From Octopus vulgaris (Eukaryota): DNA of 64,000 bases. The stretch covers positions 68,386,001-68,450,000 of the forward strand of contig OX597815.1 in the NCBI GenBank assembly GCA_951406725.2, given 5' to 3'. A program made the translations under genes and the position numbers. The notes below the pieces were generated by a model, which was given only the letters and a program-made list of their open reading frames with translations, made no database searches and was not told the origin of the DNA. Below are positions 39,532 through 50,226 of the stretch, in pieces. Numbering within the stretch: position 1 is the stretch's first letter; each line of letters opens with the position of its first letter.

Positions 39532-41336
39532 GTAAATCATAATCATCTAACAGCCAGGGCATGTGGAGTGATATAGATTAAAAGAGTATTACTAAAACAT
39601 CTGTGGTGGATTTAAAATCAAGTTTATTAAGCCTGTAATCCACTACCTTACTCACTCAGCCTCTGCTATTTGTTAAAATTGTAATCTCTGTTTTGACAAA
39701 TGGAACAGCTGATGATTAAATAACTAATTTGTTGGTTGAAATATTCTGTATTCAAAACCTGATACTATCATTGGAGCTTAGCTTAACAGTTAACCTAGTT
39801 GTCTTAACTCTTAACTTCATGTGCAACATCATACAAGAAAGAACTTCATCAATCAACCAGTCCCGAAACTTGCGATATCACAAGAATTGTACTAACCTTA
39901 TTTACATTCATTTCGAAGTAAGTAAGGAACTCTTTAATGTAAGGGAGAAGACTGTAATCCCGTCTATTTCTATAATGTAACAATTATTACTAGACTGTAC
40001 TTTTGAGTTAGAATATTTGCAACAAGTTGTTAAGAATTAAATAAGTTTTATTTTCATTTCATGGTTGAATGATTAAACACATTTTAGTGTAGCTTGTGGT
40101 CCTATGTTCTTTAGCTATTCTCAATGTCATGTTTACAGACATACATCCTACAAATTAATATTGTGAAAGAAGTACAGAGCATTATGAATCACTGTATAAA
40201 AGGAATATTCATTGATTGACACTACTAGTTAAGGTCTGTGAATAGGAGAGAAAAATTAGGTAAAATAAACCAAAGTTGATTTTGCTTGCCTTTGAAATAA
40301 CTGCCAACCAGAAGGTTCTAGAATCCAATTGGCAGGCAGACTTCTGCACTTATGAAGTTGTGACCTCAGACATAAGTCAGCCAGTGTTGATTGGTCAAAC
40401 CATGTTTGCATAGGCATTAATATATTTTATGGTAACACTTTTCCTTTGATGGAAATATATTAGGTCATGATTCTAGACTAGGAAAAGTTGAGCACTATGG
40501 TTTGAATTTCAGCTGGTTTCCTAGTGCAGGAGGACATTGAAAAAGCCTAGATCTGTTACGGCACAGTAGAAATGAATTCAAAACTGTGCGGTCATATGAC
40601 ACAGATGGATGTCAACAGCTTCATATAGGAAACGCTGATCACTCAAAGTGGATGGAACACATGGGGCAAAAAGTACTGAAGGACGACTTCAGAACACTGA
40701 ACCTTATAGAGATGATAAAGTTCTGAGATATCTGGCACCATGCTGTACTAAAGAAGATCTATCCTCCACAGCAGAAGTGTTAAGACCACTCCCCTTGATG
40801 AAGAGGAACAGCCGGCAAGAGCCCTCTACCAGTTCCACATAAAACACACTCATGCCAGCACCACATAAAAGCATTTGTGCCATGTTAAAAGCATCCATCA
40901 CATACTGTAAAGTGGTTGGCATTAGGAAGGGTCTTCAGCTGTAGAAACCAAGCCAAATCAGACAGAAACCTGGTGCAGCTTTCCTGCTTGTCAGCTCTGG
41001 TTAAACCATTCAACCGATGCCAGTAAGTAAAATAGGTGTTAAAGGAAGAGGTGGAAGACAGTCACCAAGTGAGCTTTTTAACCATCATAGATGCACTTAT
41101 TGATGAACATTTTTAAAACCAGAAGCTTCAGTAGCATTTATACAAACTTAGAATATTAGAGTCACTGAATAATATTAGGATATGTGAGAGCCTTGTTTGG
41201 TAAAACATTATGATCTTTAATGAAAATGTATTTCATATTAAAGGTTTTTAGGTGAAAATTATGAAAATACACTTCAATATTCTGATATTTTTCAAGATCT
41301 ATAAATATTATGCCTTCTACTTCCATATTTTTGTAG

Positions 41337-41420
41337 TCTCTTGAGAACAAGTTGGATGATATTACATCATCTAAAAAACAATTTGAGAACAAAGATCGTC
41401 GCAACTTGGAGAAGATCAAG
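41337..41420 (+). CDS. Coiled-coil gene exon 13 (84 nt): SLENKLDDITSSKKQFENKDRRNLEKIK
   Basis: atatttttgtag| acceptor, AAG|gtaaag donor. Confidence 0.92.
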
Positions 41421-41829
41421 GTAAAGCTTACATATTGATTTTTTTTTTTTTTTTGGCTCTTCTCTTCTTGATAATGTTTATAACTATTAACTGTTCTGGC
41501 AGCAGAAATTTACCTGTTAATTTTACTTTGGTGCTAATTAATGTGTCTGGTTAAAACCTAATTAATGGATGAACTATTTAAATTAATTATCTTTCATTTC
41601 TTTCATTTGAAATTAATTCACTCCCTCCACCTACTACCAATCTCTGCATTTTTTTTTTTCAAGTATTTACTTCGAATTTCTAATAAGCGACAAAGAAAAT
41701 AAGGATATTTAAATTTTTTTAGTGACTGGTATATCTATGAAAATATTGATTTTTTTCTGTTTGTTTGTCGTTTTTTAATTATTTTTCTGTTTCAAGATGA
41801 TGTTTGTTTTTGAAATTTTGTTTCCATAG

Positions 41830-41913
41830 CAACTGGAGACTCAATTAGAAAAAGAGTCATCAGACAGAAAGTTAGCTGAAAATAAGGATCGACGAAATCA
41901 AGAAAGAATTCGG
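41830..41913 (+). CDS. Coiled-coil gene exon 14 (84 nt): QLETQLEKESSDRKLAENKDRRNQERIR
   Basis: ttttgtttccatag| acceptor, CGG|gtacgt donor; shares ENKDRRN with the preceding exon. Confidence 0.92.
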
Positions 41914-42149
41914 GTACGTATGGCACTGGTTACTGTTGTAATGATGATAACAGATTTATAGAATTAGAATTCTTTGGAGTAAAAAAAAAATTATCTTCCA
42001 TGTCTTATGTAATATATTTTGTACTATCAGTGTTGGGTGTGTTAAAGAATAATTTTTATAATATTTTTAATTTTTACACCACAATATCTCTACTCATGAA
42101 ATTTTAAATGTGAAACTACTAGATATTTTTAAATTATTAGCATTACTTT

Positions 42150-43142
42150 CCAGCTTGAATGACAGCAAGAAATTCCTTCTTCATGCAACCATAACTGAGA
42201 TATGTTGCAGTTCTGCACCAAGAATCTCTGTCTCCCATTAGCCTTGGTAGATCCTCTGTTACATGTTGGGTATGTCTGCCAATAAAATCAATGTAGTTGT
42301 GGATATCTTCAAAATATAACATGATCTGGCCTATTGTTCAGCTTGAAAGCAGTGACTGACAAAGCTTATCCCATGTTGAGCAATAATAGCATAGATGGGT
42401 GGAATGTATCCATAAATCTTTTCATTGGTTTTGTACTCATGCCATGAGAAGCTTTGTGTTTGTAGCATCAAAGTGATCTTAAAGCTCATTCTTCATAATC
42501 CAGGTTTTGACTCCCAAGAGAAAAATGGTCAGGAAATGCCTTGAAGAAGGCAGACCTTGTTGAAATACTTTAAGCTTGTTACAGGTACTCTAAAGTTGTT
42601 TCATGTGTGTAAAGAAGTGTTACTGTCAGTAACATAGGACTCAAAGTATTTGAAGTCACTGACTTCCTTGAGTTGTGTTTCCATTGTTGGAACAAATTGA
42701 TAAATGGCTTTCATCATCATTGATGGTCATACATTCAGTCTTCGTTGCATTGGGGAGCAGATGAACCTAGGCTGCAGCATTCGCAAGAGATGTTAACCAG
42801 TTTTTTACAACACACGGTTGATTAGCTGTGAGGGAAAGATCACCAGCATAATCATGGTTAGAAAGATTCAGGCTCTGCTAACATCATCCCTTTTGCTTGC
42901 TGATGCAGTCTGTCTTGGATGGGGAGCAACACTTTGCCTTAGGTTATAGTCTTCTACAATCACTAACAGAAAAGGAATTAGAGTGTCTCCTTGACGGATT
43001 CCTGCTATTGTTGGAAACTTACTTGGATTGTCTGTGCTTTGCACAAAGCTTGATGGGTTTTTGTAGATGAAAGTGATGGTTTTGACAATCTCGTCTGGGG
43101 TGATACCATAGTTCAACAGGATACGTAACATGACCTTTCTGA
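42150..43142 (-). mobile_element. Degraded LINE fragment, second RTE-like family
   Basis: ORF 42868..43131 (ILLNYGI, AGIRQGDTLIPFLLVIV); downstream YAGDL and EVSDFKYF-like RT motifs; many stops. Confidence 0.8.
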
Positions 43143-43235
43143 ATGTTCCAAATGTTGTAATACAAAAATTGAGAAATATGTGCTGTTGGCTTCTGTTTGA
43201 ATGAATTTATATTGGAAACTTCATTGGTTTCACAG

Positions 43236-43319
43236 GATCTTGAGAATCAGCTAGAGAAAGAAAGCTCTTGTAAGTCATCACTTGAAAATAAAGAGCGGCG
43301 TTTGTTGGACAAAGTTAAA
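43236..43319 (+). CDS. Coiled-coil gene exon 15 (84 nt): DLENQLEKESSCKSSLENKERRLLDKVK
   Basis: tggtttcacag| acceptor, AAA|gtaagt donor; inside ORF 43197..43391. Confidence 0.93.
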
Positions 43320-45326
43320 GTAAGTAGATTCTGGAAACTTTATAACTTAAATACACTATTATCAAATCCTCTTCAGTATGACAATGAGTGAATTGGTATT
43401 GATTAACAAAAGTATAGTGTGAGCCAACTCCATAGAGATATATCATAGTACCTACAGCTAACTAGAATGATCTAATGAGAGGTAAGTGTTTAGGCCATGG
43501 GCTGTACATTGCTGGTAGTTTCATATGAAATATCAATACTTTGGCTAATATTCTATTGACTTTATAGTTTATTCAGTTGTAATTTTCATGTGATTAATAT
43601 ATATTGATGACTTGAAAAATGTCTATACAAGGCTTGTTACTTTAATCAACATAATTAGAAAAAGGAATATACTTTGTATTATGTGAGGAAAGACAATCAT
43701 CATTATTATTATTTAATGTCCACTTTTCCTTACTTGCATGGCCCAGACAGAGATCGTTGAAGCAGATTTTCTATAGTCAGATTCTTTTTCTGTTACCAAC
43801 CTTCACTTGCTTCCAAGCAAAGTAATATTTCCCCATGGATATGTTTTTCATGGAAATGAACCACATTATCCATATACTCATTTACAACTATCATATGATA
43901 TCAAGACAAAAGTACACACACACATATAAACATATGCTGAGCTTCTTTCAGGCTTTGGTCAATCTAGGGCTGTTATAGAAGAAATTTACCCAATGTGCTA
44001 CACATGACTGAACCCAAGACCATGTGGTTTGGAAGGAAATTTCTTGACCACATAATTTACATCTTGAAATTTGCTCGTGTTGCTGCACACAAGGACTGAA
44101 ACTACATGTTTGGGTAGCAAGCTTCTTAACCATACACACAGGATAAGCCTCCTTACAGCTTTTTACTTACAAACTCAACTCACAAAGTATGATGATGATA
44201 AATGTCTTTCAACACAATACAAAGTATGTTACCTTTTTCTAAATTTCCACAAAAGATGTAAATTTCATGGTCAAGGAGCTTTCTTCCCAACCATCTGGTA
44301 AAAAGCACTTAGTCCTCTCTATGGAGTGGTTAGTATTAGGAAGGGCATCCAGTTTTAAAAACCCTGCCAAAACAGACACAGTAGCCTGGGGTAGTCTTCC
44401 ACCTGGCCGGTTCCTGTCAACCATCTTACCATGCATGCATGGAAGACAGATGTTAAACAATGATGATGATGATGTGCTCTTCCACATGGCTTTTCTTTAA
44501 ATACAATAGAAATCATTAAATATTAAAGATACTGATTAAAAAATTTTTTTTCACATTCACATGGTTGTAAATATGGTTTAGAAGTTTACATCACAACCAC
44601 AGGATTCTAGGCCTATTACCATTGACAACCACATGGGCAAGTCTCTTTTGCAATAGCTTCACAGATACTTTGTGCATGGAGTTTGTTAGTAAAATGCTGT
44701 AAGGAGGCCAATCTTTTGTGTATGGTTAAGAAGCTTGCTACCCAACCATGTAGCTTCAGTCCTTGTGTGCAACAACACTGGCAAATTTCAAGATGTAAAT
44801 TACATGGTCAAAAAAACTTCCTTCTAAACCACATGGTCTTGGGTTCAGTCCATGTAGCCCTGACGAAAGCCTTGTGAATGAAATCTGAAAGAAGCCCATC
44901 ATTTATATATTCATGTATGCGTGCATGTTTGTATGTTTCTTTGCCTTGACATCATGTGATGATTGTGAATGAGCATCACCATCATCATCATACAACAGAT
45001 GTTGTTCATTTCCAGCCTTCCATGAAAAATATATCTGGCCATAGGAAATCTATTTCAATAAATTCTGCCTGACCCATGCAAACATAGAAAAGAGAGTTTT
45101 AAACGATAACAAGGATGGTGTGTAATGTGCTCTACTATGGTGCATTCTTTAAGCACAGGCATGGTTGTGTGGTTTGGGGTTCAGTCCCTGCTGCATGTCC
45201 ATTGTTGACTAATCTTCTGAGTACCAAATCCACTTAAAAGATTTTGGTCATCATAGGTCTATTGAAGACACTTACCCAAGGTGTCACACACAGAATGAAT
45301 TCGAAGACATGTGATTGGAAAGCAAA

Positions 45327-45540
45327 CCCTTTAGCATTCAGATTATTCTGTCAAATTTAATGCTTATTTATTCACATTGAATTAATCATACATTATCTTG
45401 TAGCTTCAAGATTTCAATGATGTGACTGTTTATTTTTACAATGACAATAGGGTAGGTGTGAGAGACCAGATCTAGCTGGTTTCAACATGAAAACTGGTAA
45501 AATATTTTGGTCTGATATGGCTGGTTTAAATGCTAAAGGG
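45327..45540. mobile_element. piggyBac-like MITE family 1, inverted copy
   Basis: ccctttagcatt ... aatgctaaaggg|TTAA; interior is the reverse complement of 36394-36612 (gggtaggtgtgagag). Confidence 0.82.
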
Positions 45541-45770
45541 TTAAATACTTTGTACCTTACTTTTTGAAGATATAGTTTCTTATAAATAATTTCTTTTTGG
45601 AAATATTCAATTAAGATGACCATTCTTTTTCTTTATATGAGGCGGGCAAAAAAATACAGAAAGCAGAGATGAATTTGAAAATTGAGATAGGTGTAGTCGT
45701 AATTCCAAAAAGCTACAACAAAAATTATGATTTCCATTTATCACTGTTATAAACTGTTTTTGTATTTTAG

Positions 45771-45854
45771 GGTTTAGAGAGCCAAGTTTCAAATGATGAA
45801 ATGACAAAGCATCAACTGGAAAATAGAGTTGCTCAGCTTCAAGAGAGGATTAAA
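45771..45854 (+). CDS. Coiled-coil gene exon 16 (84 nt): GLESQVSNDEMTKHQLENRVAQLQERIK
   Basis: ttttgtattttag| acceptor, AAA|gtaagt donor. Confidence 0.92.
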
Positions 45855-47009
45855 GTAAGTTGACTTCTTTTTTATGTTTTGTTGTTGTTTTTTTTATGAT
45901 TGATAAGGGGAGACGGAATTTATCTTGGTGGCAAACACATTTTTTTACGTGCTATCTGTTGTTTCTTAAACAACAGACAACATTTGAGAAGAAAATTAGG
46001 GAAGCTGCAGGTGTGACTGTGTAGTTAAGAAGTTGCTTCCTTACACATAGTCTTAGGTTCATTCCCACTGTGTAGCACCTTGGACAAGTTTCTTCTACAA
46101 TAACCCCAGGCTAACCAAAGGCTTGTAATCCTCTTGATTACATTGTCAGGAATGAAGAGAGATAACAGATTAGTGAAGACTGCAGTCTTGCACTGCACAC
46201 GAAGAGCATGCAGCTGTAGAAGCCATGTCAAAATGGAACATAGGAGCCAGACATGATCCTCCAACCCATCTTGGAAGAGCAATAGCCCCAAGTTACAGCT
46301 AACTCAGACAATGCTCAACTATCTTATCAACACCAACATTGAAAGCAGGCATAAGAGGATTATGGTGACAGCAATGGTAGTGGTTAGTGTTATTGTTTGG
46401 GAGAGCTCTCTACACTGTCTATTTTCTTTCATTCAGATTTCACTCATAGTATTTTAGCACACAGACTAATGAATTACATTTGTTATATTGCATGTTTTGT
46501 GTCTGGCAGTGGTGAGCTGCATTAACCATTTATATTTAGATATTTTTCACCATTGACAATTAATGAGTCTGTGTTATAAATGAATGTTGAAAAAAAACCC
46601 AGCTTTATAGTAGCAGCTCAGTGAGCTGAAACTCATTGTAAATATATCTGTATTTTCTGACATTAACTTTTACTTTGAGAGGAAAGTATAATGTAATATA
46701 TGTTGCTATGTGTGTGTGAATACAATATAGGTGCAGATGTAACATCTATGTGTTATAGATGTCTATATTGTATACCAAAATAACAGCTTTGAACAATATT
46801 TTACACTTTACTTTCATTACTTTTGTCATTCACTACTGACCATGAACAGTAATACAACAAATCCATTAATATAAAAAATGACTGTAGAAATAATGACACG
46901 TAATAGCTGCCAAATAATAGACAGGCAAGTCAGTAAACACTTTTTATTCTGCTTTGTATTTGAAACAAAAATTGACTTCTGAATTATATTATTTCATATT
47001 TTATTTTAG

Positions 47010-47084
47010 GATTTAGAACAACAGATGGACAAGAAAGACAAACAAGCTGATGCAACTGAAAAGCAATTGGAGGAGAAAATAAAG
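47010..47084 (+). CDS. Coiled-coil gene exon 17 (75 nt): DLEQQMDKKDKQADATEKQLEEKIK
   Basis: attttattttag| acceptor, AAG|gtatgt donor. Confidence 0.92.
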
Positions 47085-47142
47085 GTATGTGTTTATCTAT
47101 TCTTGTATTTTTATTAGTTAAATTAAGGTAACCTAACCAAAT

Positions 47143-47540
47143 AGGCGCAGGAGTGGCTGTGTGGTAAGTAGCTTGCTAACCAACCACATGGTTCCGGGTT
47201 CAGTCCCACTGCGTGGCATCTTGGGCAAGTGTCTTCTGCTATAGCCCCAGGCCGACCAATGCCTTGTGAGTGGATTTGGTAGACGGAAACTGAAAGAACC
47301 CTGTCGTATATATGTATATATATATATGTGTTTGTTTGTGTGTCTGTGTTTGTCCCCCTAGCATTGCTTGACAACCTATGCTGGTGTGTTTACATCCCCG
47401 TCACTTAGCGGTTCGGCAAAAAAGAGACCGATAGAATAAGTACTGGGCTTACAAAGAATAACTTCCGGGGTCGAGTTGCTCGATTAAAGGCGGTGCTCCA
47501 GCATGGCCGCAGTCAAATGACTGAAACAAGTAAAAGAGAA
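47143..47540 (+). mobile_element. tRNA-headed CORE-type SINE, tail type A, young copy
   Basis: A-box tggctgtgtgg, B-box ggttcagtccc, CORE-like cttgggcaagtg, internal (TA/TG)n, tail ggtgctccagcatggccgcagtcaaatgactgaaacaagtaaaagag; near-identical to 57800-58209. Confidence 0.9.
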
Positions 47541-47773
47541 ATACATATCTTCTAGATTGTGATTTGATCTAAAGATTTTCTGGGGTTTTACTGCTTTATA
47601 GGTGCAGGTGTGGCTGTATGGTTGAAAAGTTTGGTTCTGTACCACATGGTCGCAGGATCAATCTCACTGTGTGGCACCATGGACAAGTGTTATCTATAAT
47701 GGCCCTCAGCCGATCAAAGCCTTGTGAAAGGATTGGTAGACAGAAACTGAAAGAAACTTCTTGTGTGCATACA

Positions 47774-48592
47774 CAGGGTGTTTAGTCTAAATTTGATGAT
47801 TTTTTTATGTCTCCTTTCTTCAGGAACAGCTTGATGTATTGGTGAACAGTGTTGGAGAGCATGAATATTAAAGTTGTAGTTTAGAAAAAGTTAGATGATA
47901 TGGAAGACTGGAAGCCATCTGAATATTGGAAAAGAGTTCCCTGTATCATGGTGATTTCTGTTGGCATCAAAATGCCAATGTCATGACTGCTACTCAATGC
48001 TCTGAAAACACTGTAAAGGCTGTAAGACATGACATAGACATCATGAAAACCAAGTTACCCCAAATTGTGATGGTCTTTGGATGTGCCTGTAATGAGATGG
48101 TGTCATGTGTCCCACATCTTTGAACAGGACCGCGACTCAATTCTGTTGGAAGGCCATATTTGTGGCAGTAGGATTCAGCTTCTGGCCATAACTCTAGAAA
48201 GAGTCAGAAGTGGTTTTTGGAGAATTTCTACTACTTCACCACCCCCAATTTCTGGCCTCCTAATTCCCCTGATTGTAATCCAATGGATTACTGTGTGGGG
48301 TCAGGTGGAGAAAGACACCAACCACTCTGCCTGCAACTCCAAGTCCAAACTGGTGACCAAGTAAGATCAAGGAAGTGTTCATAGATTTTCCCAAAGACAC
48401 AGCAAGGAACACATGCTGCAAGTTCCAGAGCTGTCTTGAGGAGACTATGGTGGAAGCTGAGGGCAACTACTTTTCTCCTAGCCATAATCTAGTTGAGATT
48501 TTTTTAAAACTTTTTTAAATACTTTGACTTTTAAATAGGAAATTGTTTTCCTTTACATTTTATGCAAACTGTCAAATTTAGCCTGAATACCC

Positions 48593-48594
<2 letters not shown>
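47774..48594 (+). mobile_element. Tc1/mariner superfamily element, maT (DD37D)-like, internally deleted
   Basis: TIRs cagggtgtttagtctaaatttga / tcaaatttagcctgaataccctg; remnant FWPPNSPDCNPMDYCV near 48249-48298 resembles the WPPxSPDLNPxDY motif. Confidence 0.82.
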
Positions 48595-48632
<38 letters not shown>

Positions 48633-48636
<4 letters not shown>

Positions 48637-48966
48637 AGGCGCGTGGCTCAGTGGTTAGAGCGTCGAGCTTACGATCGTGAGGTTGTGAGCTCGAGTCCCG
48701 GACCGGGCTGCGTGTTGTGTTCTTGAGCAAGACACTTTATTTCACGTTGCTCCAGTTCACTCAGCTGTAGAAATGAGTTGCAACGTCACAGGTGCTAAGC
48801 TGTATCGGCCCTTGCCTTTCCCTTGGACAACATCGGTGATGTGGAGAGGGGAGGCCGGTATGCATGGGCGACTGCTGGTCTTCCATGAAACAACCTTGCC
48901 CAGACTTGTGCCTCAGAGAGTAACTCTCTAGGTGCAAACCCATGGTCAGTGTCTGACCGAAGGGGG

Positions 48967-48970
<4 letters not shown>
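48633..48970 (+). mobile_element. Distinct young tRNA-headed CORE-type SINE embedded in (TA)n
   Basis: A-box tggctcagtgg, B-box-like gctcgagtcc, CORE-like gttgtgttcttgagcaagacacttt...cactcagctgtagaaatgagt; CpG-rich; flanked by (TA)n on both sides; degraded relative near 54030-54135. Confidence 0.85.
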
Positions 48971-49002
<32 letters not shown>

Positions 49003-49006
<4 letters not shown>

Positions 49007-50226
49007 GTCATCCCATAAATAATACGGTTTTTTTCAATTGCATGAACTTTAGTTCATTTGGAGTGGAGACAGGATAAACTACCTGCATCAACTTGCTATA
49101 AACGCGGGTATTAATTTTACCATAATCTTATTCCCAGTGCAAGTTTTGAAGAGTGCAGTTCAATTTTAATAGCTATTTTTTCAAAGCTTTAATGGAAATG
49201 ACAAAGGAGCATATTCGGTATATTTTGCTTTATGAGTTTAATAAAGGCAACAATGCAACAAAAAGTGACAGGAATATTAATGCAGTATATGGGGATCGGA
49301 CAATAGGCATAAGCCAGTGTCAACGATGGTTCCAGAAATTTCAGGCCAGAAACTACAGCCTAGAAGACAAGTCTCCTCCTGGAAGAACTATAGAGCTCAA
49401 CGAGGATGTCCTGAAAACCCTGGTGGAACAAAATCCAATTGTAACTGTTGAAGTAGCAGAGAAGTTTAGATTTGGTCATTCAATCATTCGTCGACATCTG
49501 TGTGTCATTGGAAAAGTCAGAAAATTGGGTCAGTGGGTTCATTAAACTTTCTGAATCTAATCGTGTGCTCTTCTTTGCTGTCACATCTCACAAATGAACC
49601 TTTTTTGGACCAAATAGTGACTGGTGATGAGAAATGGGTTCTCTATAAAAATGTCAAGGAGAAACACCAACACTCCAGGTTAAAGAAAGTCTTCACCCAC
49701 ATAAGATGTTGTTATCTGTTTGGTGGGATATGAAAGATTCAGTCCACTTTGAACTTTTAAACCCAAACCAAAGGATAAAGATCTACTGCAAGCAACTTGA
49801 GCAGCTTAAGTCAGTGCTTGAAGGAAAACGGTTATCTTTGGTTTCAAGACGAAATAATGCTCGGCCTCATACAGCAAGGATGACATTCCAAAGGCTGGAG
49901 CAGTTTGAATGGGAAACAATGCTCCAACCATCATATTTGCCAGACATTGCCCCACCTGATTATCATTTATTCTGCAGTCTTCAAAATCATTTGGATGGTA
50001 AATAAAATATGAATTCTGTAGGCGAGGTTAGAACAGTACTGGAGAAGTATTTTTTATCACAGACTGAATTTCGGAAGAGAGGCCTTGCAAGCCTACCAGA
50101 TAGATGGAAGAGCATTGTTGAAAATAAAAGAGAGTATATTTTAGATTTAAAAAAGAACTTTGTTTATCTTAATTTTGAAAAATAAAATAAGTGTTAAAAA
50201 ACAGCATTATTTATGGGATGACCCAA
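49003..50226 (+). mobile_element. Mariner (DD34D-type) DNA transposon, near full length, defective transposase
   Basis: TIRs ttgggtcatcccataaataat / attatttatgggatgacccaa with TA on both sides; ORFs 49153..49545 (HIRYILLYEF, QRWFQKF, LGQWV), IVTGDEKW, LLSVWWD, NNARPH, YLPDIAPPDYHLF; frameshifts and deletions. Confidence 0.96.

Noticed and set aside
48637-48710. Possible tRNA gene
   Set aside because: It has A and B boxes but no convincing acceptor stem or poly-T terminator, and it continues into a CORE-like SINE body.
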